Positions 1 through 9,903 are shown, counted from the stretch's first letter. The stretch: DNA of 64,000 nt from a virus (IMGVR_UViG_3300032245_001567:2140-66139), one strand, 5' to 3'. The notes: generated from the letters alone by a model not told the origin. Translations and numbers: made by a program.

Positions 1-51
1 GATTCAAGTTATCAAACTACAACACAAGTAAAACTATTTTAAACCAACACG

Positions 52-282
52 ATGAAAAATTTTTTATTAGCATACGTTCAAGTGCTTTTTGTTTCATTGA
101 ACACAATTTTTTTAGCCAAAAATAACCCCACTATGGTTTTTTTATGTGCTTTTTTGATTTCTTACATTTGGTCACATAATGTAAAAAAAGTTGCCCTTGG
201 CTCAGAAGTAGATAAAATCATTTATGCTTTGGGGGCTTCATTGGGTAGTGTTTCGGGATTGCTAATTAGTAAATATTTATAA
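52..282 (+). CDS. small membrane protein
   Basis: 76 aa with 2-3 hydrophobic segments; AACACG abuts the ATG. Confidence 0.7.
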   Translation: MKNFLLAYVQVLFVSLNTIFLAKNNPTMVFLCAFLISYIWSHNVKKVALGSEVDKIIYALGASLGSVSGLLISKYL

Positions 283-284
283 AA

Positions 285-989
285 ATGATAAGCGAAGTTA
301 AAAACATGGATTGCATGGAATACATGGCTCAATTCCCCAATGATTATTTCGAGTTAGCCATTATTGACCCTCCGTATGGACTTGGGGCTGACAAACCAAG
401 CATTAAGCCTGAATTTGTTAAACAAAAAAATGGTAACTCATTATTTGTAAACTCAAATAAATATGAACATAAAAATTGGGATAATTCCATACCAAACCCT
501 GAATATTTCAAAGAATTATTTAGAGTTAGCAAAAAACAAATAATTTGGGGTGGCAATTATTTTGGATTGATGGGAGGTTATTTAGTTTGGGATAAACTAA
601 ACTCAAATAGCGACCAATTTGATTGTGAATTAGCATGGATTTCTTTTTCTCAAAGAACAGATATTGTTTATTATAGATGGCATGGTATGTTTCAAGGTGT
701 TACTTGTGGTAAAAATGTAACTAAGTCATTAATACAACAAGGTAACAAGAAACTAAATGAACGTAGAATTCACCCAACACAAAAACCCGTAGCACTTTAT
801 AGATGGTTACTGCAGAACTATGCAGAGCAGAGCGATAAAATACTTGATACGCATTTAGGTTCGGGAAGTTCAAGAATTGCAGCAGATATTGAGGGTTTTG
901 ATTTTTACGCTTGTGAACTCGATAAAGATTATTTTGAAGCAAGTTGTAAACGATTTGAAGAATATAAACTACAAACTAAACTATTTTAA
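285..989 (+). CDS. DNA adenine methyltransferase, N6/N4 family (beta class)
   Basis: DPPY catalytic motif, HPTQKP, LDTHLGSGSS SAM-binding motif; C-terminal QTKLF. Confidence 0.93.
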   Translation: MISEVKNMDCMEYMAQFPNDYFELAIIDPPYGLGADKPSIKPEFVKQKNGNSLFVNSNKYEHKNWDNSIPNPEYFKELFRVSKKQIIWGGNYFGLMGGYLVWDKLNSNSDQFDCELAWISFSQRTDIVYYRWHGMFQGVTCGKNVTKSLIQQGNKKLNERRIHPTQKPVALYRWLLQNYAEQSDKILDTHLGSGSSRIAADIEGFDFYACELDKDYFEASCKRFEEYKLQTKLF

Positions 990-992
990 AAA

Positions 993-1460
993 ATGATTAA
1001 GCCAATAATAATGTACACAATTATTTGCGACGGGTGTGGCAAAGATGTTTGTGAAGGAACTGAATATTCAGGATGGAATGACAAAGCCTATCTTGAAGAT
1101 GTAGCCTTAGAAGATTTATGGATAATTAGGGACGATGAAAACTATTGCCCCGATTGTTGGGAATGGGATGAAGAAGATACGGGCGAAGAGCGCGTGAAAA
1201 TTGGCAAGAAAGGCAATTTCAAATCCTCATTCAAAGATGGGCACGATATGATTTTAGAAAGTTTGGTTTCAAAGATGATTCGTGACCAACACATTACCAT
1301 TAATCAAGAGAAACTCTTATCTATCCTTTCTGATGCAAGGGAAATTGACATGGAAGTTAGGAGGCAAGATTTAAAGAAATATTTTAAACGTGGTGAAAAT
1401 AACTTTAAGAGAGGTTATCGCCCCGTAACATTTGAAGAATTTTATAAACAAGAAAAATGA
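993..1460 (+). CDS. zinc-finger phage hypothetical protein
   Basis: CDGC and CPDC pairs. Confidence 0.65.
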   Translation: MIKPIIMYTIICDGCGKDVCEGTEYSGWNDKAYLEDVALEDLWIIRDDENYCPDCWEWDEEDTGEERVKIGKKGNFKSSFKDGHDMILESLVSKMIRDQHITINQEKLLSILSDAREIDMEVRRQDLKKYFKRGENNFKRGYRPVTFEEFYKQEK

Positions 1461-1858
1461 AAAACAATACCCAACGTGAATGCCGATATTGCCAAAGCCC
1501 CATTCGTGGCAGAATTGACAAGAAGTTTTGTTGCGACTTATGTAGGGCAAGATATCATAACGAAAACGAAAGAGAATCAAGAATAACGAGAACGAATGCC
1601 GTTGTCAAGGAGGATTGCTCTTTTGAAATTTTGATGGAGAGATTGGAGAAAGAACAAAAATTCGCCATGAAGCAAAAAATGTTCACCAAATCCCATGCTT
1701 TAGGTCTTGCATTGGACTTTTGCAAAGAAATGATACCCGTTTACAAAAAAGAGATAGGTAAAGCATGGTACGCAGGACAAAATGATGGTATTTCGCACCA
1801 AACTCCAATAGGGAAATCCCCCGAAAAGAAGTACATAGAACAAAACTACAACATATAA
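1457..1858 (+). CDS. zinc-ribbon hypothetical protein
   Basis: CRYC...KKFCCDLC N-terminal motif; ATGA overlap with the upstream gene. Confidence 0.7.
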   Translation: MKNNTQRECRYCQSPIRGRIDKKFCCDLCRARYHNENERESRITRTNAVVKEDCSFEILMERLEKEQKFAMKQKMFTKSHALGLALDFCKEMIPVYKKEIGKAWYAGQNDGISHQTPIGKSPEKKYIEQNYNI

Positions 1859-1862
1859 CAAC

Positions 1863-2864
1863 ATGACCAACAAAGAACAAATTTCTTCGCTAATCGAGAG
1901 TAGCGGATTAAACGACGAACGTAAAGGCTTACTTTACAAATCCTTTGATGATTTTATTGCCACCGCCCAAGAATGGGAATCTAAAGCCAAGGAGATTGTG
2001 GTTACGGATATTTCCCAAGTGGAGATTATGAAAACTGCGCGTGAAGGTAGATTACTTCTTCGAGATAAAAGAACCGATATTGAGAGGTTAAGAAAACAAA
2101 TCAAGGAGCAACCATTAAGAGAGTGCCAAGCAATCGATTTGGTAGCCCGTACTTTGACCGAATTAATTACTCCTATTGAAGAGTACCTAAAGCACCAAGA
2201 AGAGTTCGCAAAACGCGAAAAAGATAAACTTGCCCAAGAGAGAAAATCCTTGTTAGAATCATTTGGTGCAACGTCCGATGGTCTTGATTTGGTAGAGATG
2301 ACTGAATCTATGTTTAATATGATTCTTGCAGGAGCGAAAAGTGAACACGAAGCACTTTTGAAAAAGCAAGAAGAGGAAAGGATAAAGAAAGAGGAAGAAA
2401 TGGAGAAAGAGAAAAAACGCTTAGAGGAGCAAGAGGCTGAGAATGAGCGTTTGAGAAAATTGGCGAAAGAACAAGCCGATAAATTAGCGGAAGAACAAAA
2501 TAAGTTGAAGGAGATTCAACGGAAAGCAGAAGAAGAGAAAGCGAAATTGAAAGCGCAACAAGATGCAAAGTTGAAAGCAGAGCAGGATAAGTTGAAAGCG
2601 GAAAAAGAAAGATTGAAGGAGATTCAAAGAAAAGCCGAAGAAGAAACCGCGAAATTGAAAGCAGAGCAAGATGCTAAAATCAAAGAAATGCAAGACGAAT
2701 TGGCTCAGTCTGAAAAAGAAAAAGAGGGCGTGGTTTTCTTTATCGTGAATAAAAACTCAATTAAACGCACTTATGAAAGCGTTGAACAAGCCAAAAACGC
2801 ATTAACTCAGGCAAGTGCAAGTATGTCCGTAGAGGATTTTGTCATTTGTCAAGTGATGAAATAA
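1863..2864 (+). CDS. long coiled-coil phage protein
   Basis: E/K/A/Q-rich helix with a duplicated LKEIQRKAEEExAKLKAxQDAK unit. Confidence 0.8.
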   Translation: MTNKEQISSLIESSGLNDERKGLLYKSFDDFIATAQEWESKAKEIVVTDISQVEIMKTAREGRLLLRDKRTDIERLRKQIKEQPLRECQAIDLVARTLTELITPIEEYLKHQEEFAKREKDKLAQERKSLLESFGATSDGLDLVEMTESMFNMILAGAKSEHEALLKKQEEERIKKEEEMEKEKKRLEEQEAENERLRKLAKEQADKLAEEQNKLKEIQRKAEEEKAKLKAQQDAKLKAEQDKLKAEKERLKEIQRKAEEETAKLKAEQDAKIKEMQDELAQSEKEKEGVVFFIVNKNSIKRTYESVEQAKNALTQASASMSVEDFVICQVMK

Positions 2865-2890
2865 CACTTTTTACATCCATTTACTCAAGA

Positions 2891-2927
2891 AATAGTGCTT
2901 TTCACAAAGATTAGCACTATTTTTTTT
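2891..2927 (+). terminator. intrinsic terminator
   Basis: ATAGTGCT...AGCACTAT stem followed by a T run. Confidence 0.75.
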
Positions 2928-2946
2928 ATTTTCAGAAATAAAAGAG

Positions 2947-2976
2947 TTGCACGAATGAAAACTTTTTGTACTTTTG
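2947..2976 (+). promoter_or_regulatory. Bacteroidota sigma70-type promoter
   Basis: TTG at 2947 and TACTTTTG (TAnnTTTG) at 2969-2976, followed by AACACGAC. Confidence 0.75.
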
Positions 2977-2998
2977 AATCAACAAACACGACAAAAAA

Positions 2999-3796
2999 AT
3001 GATTAACAAGATTAGCCAAGAAGAAATTCTTAGAAACGCACCTGCGGTGCTTGAAACAACTTTCAGAGCAAACTTATCTCACCGCTACACCCACATTCCA
3101 ACCTCAGAGTTGATTAAAGATATGGAAGATTTGGGATGGGTTGCCGTAAGAGCACAACAACAAAACTCAAGGGACGAGAACAAGCGTATCCACAAAAAGC
3201 ACCTTGTTACCTTTAGAAATCCCAAAATCAAAGTTGAGAGCAAAGAAGGTGATGACATCTTCCCACAAATTTTAATCATCAATAGCCATGATGGTTCTTC
3301 TTCTTTCCAATTTAGAGTAGGTATTTTTAGATTGGTTTGCTCAAATGGTTTGGTTATCGCCACCGAAGATTTCGGTAAAACTTCTCTTCGCCATAGCGGT
3401 TATTCTTTTGAAGAGTTAAAGAAAATCGTTTTCAACCTTACAAAGGATATCCCTAACACCATTCAAATGTTGAATAAGTTAAATAAGATTGAGTTGGACG
3501 AGGAAAAGCAAAAGGAATTTGTTGAACAAGCCATCAAAATTCGTTTTGGCGAGAAATCTATTGGGTACGATAGCGAAGAGTTATTGAGGACTATGAGAAG
3601 CCATGACGAGGGGAATACCATTTGGAAGATTTTGAACAAAGTTCAAGAGCACTTAACCCATGGTACTTTTAACTACACCAATAAAGGTGTTATGAAGCCA
3701 AAAAGACGTAAAGCAAGAGGTATCAAGAATTTCCATAAGGATATTGATATGAACGAAAGATTGTTCAGATTGGCTTATTCATTCGCAAAAAATTAA
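2999..3796 (+). CDS. DUF932/DUF945 family protein
   Basis: RYTHIPT, IINSHDGSSSFQFRVGIFRLVCSNGL signature. Confidence 0.88.
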   Translation: MINKISQEEILRNAPAVLETTFRANLSHRYTHIPTSELIKDMEDLGWVAVRAQQQNSRDENKRIHKKHLVTFRNPKIKVESKEGDDIFPQILIINSHDGSSSFQFRVGIFRLVCSNGLVIATEDFGKTSLRHSGYSFEELKKIVFNLTKDIPNTIQMLNKLNKIELDEEKQKEFVEQAIKIRFGEKSIGYDSEELLRTMRSHDEGNTIWKILNKVQEHLTHGTFNYTNKGVMKPKRRKARGIKNFHKDIDMNERLFRLAYSFAKN

Positions 3797-3807
3797 TTTT
3801 TATAAAT

Positions 3808-4572
3808 ATGAAATTAGAACTCATTTACACCAAAGACTACTTATTTGCTATAAATAAGAATGAACCAATTAAAAAAGATGATATAATCATTAATCTAAAT
3901 CACTTTAACACTTCAGTAGCAGAAACAAGTTTTAAAAATACTGCTTACTTTGATTGTGCAAAAATTATTGCGCATAGACCATTAGATAAAGAAGGTTGGC
4001 GTTATGATGTGCCATTGTTGCCCGAATTTAAAGAGATTACGGAAGAAGATAATGCATTTATTTTTTTAAGAAATTTAAGCAATCCCTATGCGGTTGGTGG
4101 CGAATTTTACAAATGCTTTGAACAAGGATTTTTAAAGGGTTATAATGAACGTAACCCAAAATCATCCAAATTTCCAAAATATTTTGATTGTAATGTAGAT
4201 TTAATAGTAACGGGGAATTTGGTAACGCCAATATTTATAACAAAAACTAATTTAGAAGGTCATGTTATATTGATGGGTGATTACATTTACGAAGAAAATG
4301 AAATTAATAGCCCTGAGCCTAATAATGAGCCATTACCAGACTCCAACGTAATAGAAGAGCCATTGGCGGTTCAAGCCTTGATGCAAAAGTTCGTTGAAAA
4401 ATCTTCTATGATTACCATGGAGGATTTGCAACAAGCCCTTGAATTGCAGAAAAAGCAAATGATAGAATTTGCCGACAACTACATTGACGCTTCACTAACC
4501 TACAAAAAAGGGCAAGGTCTTGTTTTTACCATTGATGCGGATGACTTTTTCAAACAAAAACACAACTTATGA
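3808..4572 (+). CDS. phage hypothetical protein
   Basis: Intact ORF in operon; KIIAH-PL-LP motif. Confidence 0.7.
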   Translation: MKLELIYTKDYLFAINKNEPIKKDDIIINLNHFNTSVAETSFKNTAYFDCAKIIAHRPLDKEGWRYDVPLLPEFKEITEEDNAFIFLRNLSNPYAVGGEFYKCFEQGFLKGYNERNPKSSKFPKYFDCNVDLIVTGNLVTPIFITKTNLEGHVILMGDYIYEENEINSPEPNNEPLPDSNVIEEPLAVQALMQKFVEKSSMITMEDLQQALELQKKQMIEFADNYIDASLTYKKGQGLVFTIDADDFFKQKHNL

Positions 4573-4937
4573 AAACCGATAATCCAATAATGATTGAAGA
4601 GGATTGGAAAGTTCTTTTCAAAACCAATAGAAAAATAAGTGATTTGTTGGCTACAAGAGTGCCACAAAACCTACATTCTTATTGGGGTTTAATCATACAA
4701 ATTTTTCAAAAATTTGATAGTGTTTCTTGCAAAATTGAAGGTAATCAATTTGTTTTTGAAAGATATTTACCAAAAGAAATGGTTTCATTGGGGATAGAAA
4801 AAGAATCTTTAACCATAAAGCCAAATGAGGTTTTAATGCTCATATTGTTTGATGGTATTACCTATCTAACAAAGATAACTGAAAAGGAAGAAGATAGTGC
4901 AATAGATTTTATTTACACAAAACTAATACAACAATGA
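4569..4937 (+). CDS. hypothetical protein
   Basis: ATGA-coupled ORF. Confidence 0.7.
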   Translation: MKTDNPIMIEEDWKVLFKTNRKISDLLATRVPQNLHSYWGLIIQIFQKFDSVSCKIEGNQFVFERYLPKEMVSLGIEKESLTIKPNEVLMLILFDGITYLTKITEKEEDSAIDFIYTKLIQQ

Positions 4938-5182
4938 ACCCTGAAGGAATTACTCCCGCCCAACAAGCAGAACAACTCTTTACCGAATGTGTACTTGCCG
5001 TTTCCAAGATTGAAAACTTGGAGGAGAGACAAGCCAAGTTTCAAGAGCAAAAGAACATGGCTACGGCTATAATTGATTTGAATTTAAACCATTGGCTATT
5101 AACAAAAGCAGAATGGGAAAACATTTTAAATGTAACTTCGCAAAAGAATGCTGAACACTTCAAGCAAGACTTGGATGAGTAG
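4934..5182 (+). CDS. hypothetical protein
   Basis: ATGA-coupled ORF ending before a terminator. Confidence 0.7.
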   Translation: MNPEGITPAQQAEQLFTECVLAVSKIENLEERQAKFQEQKNMATAIIDLNLNHWLLTKAEWENILNVTSQKNAEHFKQDLDE

Positions 5183-5202
5183 CAATGTTTTTGTTTTTCT
5201 AA

Positions 5203-5226
5203 GAGCCTCCGAAAGGGGGCTTTTTT
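5203..5226 (+). terminator. intrinsic terminator
   Basis: GCCTCC-GAAA-GGGGGC hairpin plus TTTTTT. Confidence 0.9.
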
Positions 5227-5331
5227 ATTTAACTCAATGCCGTAAATGATATACATAAAACTAATGCCGAGTACTTCGTAAATTGTTGATAATATTGGGG
5301 TTCAAATGGTTGTTGTTTAAAAACTTTTATT

Positions 5332-5353
5332 TACTTTTGTTCTACAACACGAC
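5332..5353 (+). promoter_or_regulatory. promoter -7 element plus AACACGAC leader motif
   Basis: TACTTTTG at 5332-5339; AACACGAC at 5346-5353; ATG at 5355. Confidence 0.7.
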
Positions 5354-5354
5354 A

Positions 5355-5720
5355 ATGAAAAACGTATCAGAAGCAAAAAAATTAGCCTACGTTGAGGCTA
5401 TTTCAAACGGCTATCGCAAAACGATAGCAACCGCAGTTTACTTGTTATTGAAAGACAAGCCAATGACAACTGAAGTTTTAAGAGATGCGGGAATTCCCCA
5501 TCAATCTCTTACCGCTTCACTTTCTTACCTTGAAGATTTAGGAATGATTTACAAATCTGAATTGGTGCAAGGTAGAAAAAGAAAATTCACCTTATGGAAA
5601 GCCGTTACCGACAAAGAAGAGATGTCCATTAGGAGAAGAGAGATTGAAGATGACAAATTTAACGCATGGGTTAAAAAAGGTAACGACATGGGTTATTTTG
5701 AGATGATTAAGCAGTCGTAG
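5355..5720 (+). CDS. winged-helix-like DNA-binding protein (start revised from 5283)
   Basis: MTTEVL...HQSLTASLSYLEDLGMI wHTH-like pattern; the promoter lies inside the longer ORF call. Confidence 0.6.
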   Translation: MKNVSEAKKLAYVEAISNGYRKTIATAVYLLLKDKPMTTEVLRDAGIPHQSLTASLSYLEDLGMIYKSELVQGRKRKFTLWKAVTDKEEMSIRRREIEDDKFNAWVKKGNDMGYFEMIKQS

Positions 5721-5721
5721 A

Positions 5722-6786
5722 ATGAAAAAAAGAGTACCCGATTACGTTAAAAAACGTACACAACGAATAAAACTTTACGCGAAGGTTGTAAAGGCTACCC
5801 GAAAGGAGTTAAAGAAACAAGGACGCGAGGTTAGTTACGAAGAAGCGAAAAAATATGCTTCCGCCAATGTTTATCCTTCCTTCAAAGGTCAAAAAGCCTA
5901 TAAAGTAAAAGTTAAAGATATTCGTGCCGTAGTGCGCGATAGCGTGGTCGGGTACACTATTCTTGCAAAGCCAATTCCCGAAAGTGATTTTATCGACCCA
6001 AGAGCAATTTCGGAAGATGAAGTTACGGGTATAAATTGGTTTGATATTGATGGTTTTTTGACGGGAGATTCTTACCCGTCTTTGCGTATGGCAAGAGCCC
6101 TACGCGACAATGACAAAGATATTAGAATTGAAGTTATCGCGGGGCAATATGGAAGAACGGGAGAGTTCAACTTTTCCGAATACGAATATACCTCGATGGG
6201 GCTTCAGGAAATTGTAGAAAATATTCGTGCTACAAATCCATGGGTAGGTCAAGAGCCATACCTTACATGGGAGGGTTATGTTGGTATCCGAGACGGGAAA
6301 ACCGATATGACCGACCCTAACACCTACATTCTTCAATTTATCTTAATTGAGAATGATAAACCGATTGTAGAGCCTTTCACCATTACTTCTTTACCGCCAC
6401 AAAAGATTGCTAACATCGAAGATTATCAGAGATTGAAAAAAGAGCAACAAGAGCGTTTGAAATTCAAAAAGGAACACGAGGCGCAACGTATTGAAGAAGA
6501 AAAAAAGAAAGTCCGAAAAGCGGTTGTACGCCCTACCAAAAAAGTAAGGGTAAAAGAACCACCAATAAAAGTTGAACCCGTTGCCCCTGAACCCAAAAAA
6601 GGGCGTGTCACCAAAGGTGATAGGGTAATTGAGTTGAACCGATTGAAGAATCGCGAGTTGGAATTGCTTCGCGCAGACTACAATGACCAATTGATTTCCA
6701 AGGTGAAATATAAAAAGGAAAGAGAGCGTATTGTTACCAACTACGAAGAAGCATTTAAGAAACTTCGCAAGGGTGGAATTATTTGA
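5722..6786 (+). CDS. hypothetical protein with very basic N- and C-termini
   Basis: K/R-rich ends, acidic core, ends LRKGGII. Confidence 0.75.
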   Translation: MKKRVPDYVKKRTQRIKLYAKVVKATRKELKKQGREVSYEEAKKYASANVYPSFKGQKAYKVKVKDIRAVVRDSVVGYTILAKPIPESDFIDPRAISEDEVTGINWFDIDGFLTGDSYPSLRMARALRDNDKDIRIEVIAGQYGRTGEFNFSEYEYTSMGLQEIVENIRATNPWVGQEPYLTWEGYVGIRDGKTDMTDPNTYILQFILIENDKPIVEPFTITSLPPQKIANIEDYQRLKKEQQERLKFKKEHEAQRIEEEKKKVRKAVVRPTKKVRVKEPPIKVEPVAPEPKKGRVTKGDRVIELNRLKNRELELLRADYNDQLISKVKYKKERERIVTNYEEAFKKLRKGGII

Positions 6787-6795
6787 TAAAATTTA

Positions 6796-6826
6796 TTTGC
6801 AGAAATAAAATATTATTGTATATTTG
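6796..6826 (+). promoter_or_regulatory. Bacteroidota promoter
   Basis: TTTG at 6796 and TATATTTG at 6819-6826. Confidence 0.8.
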
Positions 6827-6852
6827 AATTGAAAACCCAAATAATACAAAAA

Positions 6853-7089
6853 ATGGTACATTACACACACGAAGAAAAGGTGGGCTATGAAAAGCACCTT
6901 CGATTAATGTTATCCTCAAGCAAAGATGGAGACGTAGTAGATTTTCCCCAAGGGAACATCAAATTCATGAAAAAGGGCGAAAAGTTGTACGCAACCATTC
7001 CCGATATTGTGAAAATTCAAAACATGGTCTACGATAATTTCTTTGATGACCACATTGGAAACATTGATAATCTGAGCAATTTGAGTTAA
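6853..7089 (+). CDS. hypothetical protein (start revised to ATG 6853)
   Basis: First ATG after the promoter. Confidence 0.65.
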   Translation: MVHYTHEEKVGYEKHLRLMLSSSKDGDVVDFPQGNIKFMKKGEKLYATIPDIVKIQNMVYDNFFDDHIGNIDNLSNLS

Positions 7090-7100
7090 ATTTTGCGGTT

Positions 7101-7337
7101 ATGGGTACTTATCCAAAAATCAGCAAGAAACAGTGTTATTACTACTTGAATCAATTCCCTTACCAATCCCAAAAGGTTATTAAAGCAGTTAAAAAAGTTT
7201 TAGACCCTCTCAATGAGAAGAACTTTGATTTTAACGCTTTAATGAACTATTTGTTTTGGTCTAAGGATATTTTACTGAAGATGGGCTACTACCACTTCAA
7301 GGTTCAACTTGAAAAAGGCAATTTATTGAAATATTAG
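7101..7337 (+). CDS. hypothetical protein
   Basis: Intact ORF in operon. Confidence 0.65.
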   Translation: MGTYPKISKKQCYYYLNQFPYQSQKVIKAVKKVLDPLNEKNFDFNALMNYLFWSKDILLKMGYYHFKVQLEKGNLLKY

Positions 7338-7338
7338 T

Positions 7339-8118
7339 ATGAGCAAAAAAGAAACTTTGATGATTGTGGACAAAGAAGCGCGTATTCGCAAGAGTCCCAT
7401 CGCATTAGTTGACAAGTTATCGCGAAACAAACGTAATTTTCTCGTTAGAGAAACGCCATTTATGACCTCCCTCGTTTATGATGGCAAAGAAATCATTTAC
7501 ACAAAGAAGTCGATGATTTTCCCACCGAGCCAACTTTGGATTTTCCGAAATGTAAAGATGGATGCCGAGAAATTCGCAAAACGCGTAGATGACAAGGAGG
7601 TTAGATTCGTTATGCCCGAAAAACGTCAAACAAACGTAACCAATCCTAACTACGATGATAGTTACGGAGTAATCACGGGAACGGACGTAAACTCCGCCTA
7701 TTGGACGATTGCAATGCACTATGGTATAATCTCTCAAAGAACCTATGAAAAGGCGGGAGATGATTTCTATAAGGTAACGAGATTGGCTGCTTTGGCTATC
7801 CTTGGGCGAACTATGCTTTTCAAAGAATACAAAGAAGGCAAACTTCAAAAAGAGCCTAAGTTGTTAGAAGGGAGTAAAGTTATTCGGGATTTCTATCGCG
7901 CCATTCGTTTTAAATGCTATGAGCACATGAGCAACATTGCAGATTTACTTGGGAATGATTTCGATGCTTACCGAACCGATTGTATTTACTATCGCGACAC
8001 GCCCGAAAACCGCCAAATTGTTTACGATTACCTCGATGCGCATGGCTTTAATTACAAGCAATTGGTATTTGGTGAAGAAGAAGAAGGCAAAATGAAAATT
8101 GAACTCTCAGATTTATAA
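7339..8118 (+). CDS. minimal family-B-like DNA polymerase palm domain protein
   Basis: Motif A-like DVNSAY, motif B-like KVTRLAALAILG, motif C-like YRTDCIYY; only 259 aa, no exonuclease motifs. Confidence 0.6.
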   Translation: MSKKETLMIVDKEARIRKSPIALVDKLSRNKRNFLVRETPFMTSLVYDGKEIIYTKKSMIFPPSQLWIFRNVKMDAEKFAKRVDDKEVRFVMPEKRQTNVTNPNYDDSYGVITGTDVNSAYWTIAMHYGIISQRTYEKAGDDFYKVTRLAALAILGRTMLFKEYKEGKLQKEPKLLEGSKVIRDFYRAIRFKCYEHMSNIADLLGNDFDAYRTDCIYYRDTPENRQIVYDYLDAHGFNYKQLVFGEEEEGKMKIELSDL

Positions 8119-8125
8119 ACTTTTA

Positions 8126-8156
8126 TTTGCCAAAACAAAATATTTACTTAAATTTG
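8126..8156 (+). promoter_or_regulatory. Bacteroidota promoter
   Basis: TTTG at 8126 and TAAATTTG at 8149-8156. Confidence 0.75.
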
Positions 8157-8162
8157 CAGTAT

Positions 8163-8567
8163 ATGGAATTGTCTTTGATAGAAATTAATGTGCACGAGTT
8201 GGTTGACCAACCTACATTAGCCACCTACATGAGTGAAGGTGAAGAAGTAATTCTTGAAAAGAACCGACCCTTTTACCAAAATAGCAAAGAGATTTGTGTG
8301 CAAGGTATATACTTCGCTTTGACGGAGTTTAAAGAGGGGGAGGTTAACTTTCGAGTGCTTAGTCTTTACAAAAAATCACCACGCCAAAAGAAAACTTATC
8401 GTTACGCATTTGGATGCTATGACCAAAAGAAAAACAAAATCTATTGGTTCTTCAACCTTGATAGCGTAGCGTCGAGCAGGGATATAGCAGTTAAGACTAT
8501 GGGAGCATTAAACACTTGGTGCAAGACAAACGCTCCGAGTTGTACCGCATTTGCTTACAAGAAGTAA
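8163..8567 (+). CDS. hypothetical protein (start revised to 8163)
   Basis: ATG just downstream of the promoter. Confidence 0.65.
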   Translation: MELSLIEINVHELVDQPTLATYMSEGEEVILEKNRPFYQNSKEICVQGIYFALTEFKEGEVNFRVLSLYKKSPRQKKTYRYAFGCYDQKKNKIYWFFNLDSVASSRDIAVKTMGALNTWCKTNAPSCTAFAYKK

Positions 8568-8569
8568 TT

Positions 8570-9001
8570 ATGGCGAAAATCAGATGTATTTTGATTGACC
8601 CTTCCAAACAAAAAGTGGAAGAGATTTTCTTGGATTCTGAAAATATGCTCCAAGAATGGTACAAAACCATTGGGAATAACTGTAATCTCGTTACAAACGT
8701 AGTTTATATGCATTGGATGAACATCGCCAATGGTTTGTTAGCAGATGAAGAAATTCTTAACCGCCAAGAGGATATTGAGGGAATGTTTGAATTACTTGTG
8801 GGGAATCAAGTTTTCGTAATCGTAAACAAGGCTATCATTGTTGGTAACAACCAAGCAGATGGAAGTTGCGTTGATTGTACTTTCCCCGTAAGTTACATTG
8901 AGAACCAAATTTCATGGCGAACAAAGGAAGATGCATTAATTTATGCAAAACAAGTAACAACCCCTAATTCTGATGTAATTTGGTGGCAAGATAATTTGTA
9001 A
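8570..9001 (+). CDS. DUF3846-like phage protein (start revised to 8570)
   Basis: ILIDP...VEEI...LQEWYKTIG...LADEE pattern. Confidence 0.6.
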   Translation: MAKIRCILIDPSKQKVEEIFLDSENMLQEWYKTIGNNCNLVTNVVYMHWMNIANGLLADEEILNRQEDIEGMFELLVGNQVFVIVNKAIIVGNNQADGSCVDCTFPVSYIENQISWRTKEDALIYAKQVTTPNSDVIWWQDNL

Positions 9002-9006
9002 TTTTT

Positions 9007-9345
9007 ATGTCCAATAATTTTCACCACTATGAAATCGTCATCAACGAGAAAGACTACCACGTCACCTACTGCAAAAGCGACGATAAAATCACCCTCAGAG
9101 AATTCCCAAAAGGATATGACGGGGAAATCAGAAAGTTGCCAAAAATATTCGAGCACGAAGGATTTGAAGAATGGGTTGCCGAAGAAGGTTTACTTCGCGA
9201 ATCAATGCTCACTTTTAGCCCCGAAGAAGATACATGGATTGACCGAGAGTGGAATATACCCTTTTCAGTCTTTATTGATGACTACGAAAAAATGGTTGAA
9301 GCGTTGGTTGAATTTGTTCAAGAATTTTGTGAAATCGAACTTTAA
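9007..9345 (+). CDS. acidic hypothetical protein
   Basis: E/D-rich 112 aa ORF. Confidence 0.7.
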   Translation: MSNNFHHYEIVINEKDYHVTYCKSDDKITLREFPKGYDGEIRKLPKIFEHEGFEEWVAEEGLLRESMLTFSPEEDTWIDREWNIPFSVFIDDYEKMVEALVEFVQEFCEIEL

Positions 9346-9442
9346 CGAACAAAAAAAGGGTAGTAACGACCATTACTACCCCATTGCGAACAACACGACC
9401 AAATTTCCTTTAGCGAGAGAAAGATTCGGACAAAACAAATTT

Positions 9443-9901
9443 ATGGATAACTTGGAACAAGACTATTCATTATTCCTTGCCGATGTTGAGTTTATCCGCA
9501 ACACCATGCAAAACCCTCTCAACTTGCCTAAAGACGTAGCACCTATCACTACAATGGTGTTTTTGTTAAAACGTAAATATCAACATTTATCTCATTTATC
9601 TTGCTATAGACTTTTTGAATTTCAAATAAATCAACTTCAGGAGAAAGCCAAAGACATGACTATAAAGTTCTACAAATACTACTTTGAAGGCAAGGAAAAG
9701 CCCATCATAATTGAGGCTATTTCTAAAGAAAGTGCTCACTATGCACTTCAAAAAATAATCCCAACCCTTTCAGAAAAAGGATACGATTTAAGAGATTTAA
9801 CCAACATGAAAGTTGAAAGCCCAATCGTGGGTGTAAGCCGTAAGCAAAACCAAGGCAAAAACTTCATTTGGAGCGAAGAGGGTTGGATTGAAGAAAGATA
9901 A
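9443..9901 (+). CDS. hypothetical protein (start revised from 9029)
   Basis: The 5' extension overlaps the previous gene; ATG 9443 follows AACACGAC at 9392. Confidence 0.6.
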   Translation: MDNLEQDYSLFLADVEFIRNTMQNPLNLPKDVAPITTMVFLLKRKYQHLSHLSCYRLFEFQINQLQEKAKDMTIKFYKYYFEGKEKPIIIEAISKESAHYALQKIIPTLSEKGYDLRDLTNMKVESPIVGVSRKQNQGKNFIWSEEGWIEER

Positions 9902-9903
9902 TT

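Noticed and set aside
1863-2864. Tape measure or TolA call
   Set aside because: Generic charged coiled coil in the early arm, with no TM segment and no tail context
9029-9442. 5' extension of the 290-aa ORF, or a programmed frameshift from 9007..9345
   Set aside because: Overlaps a better gene, has atypical composition, and a plausible ATG exists at 9443
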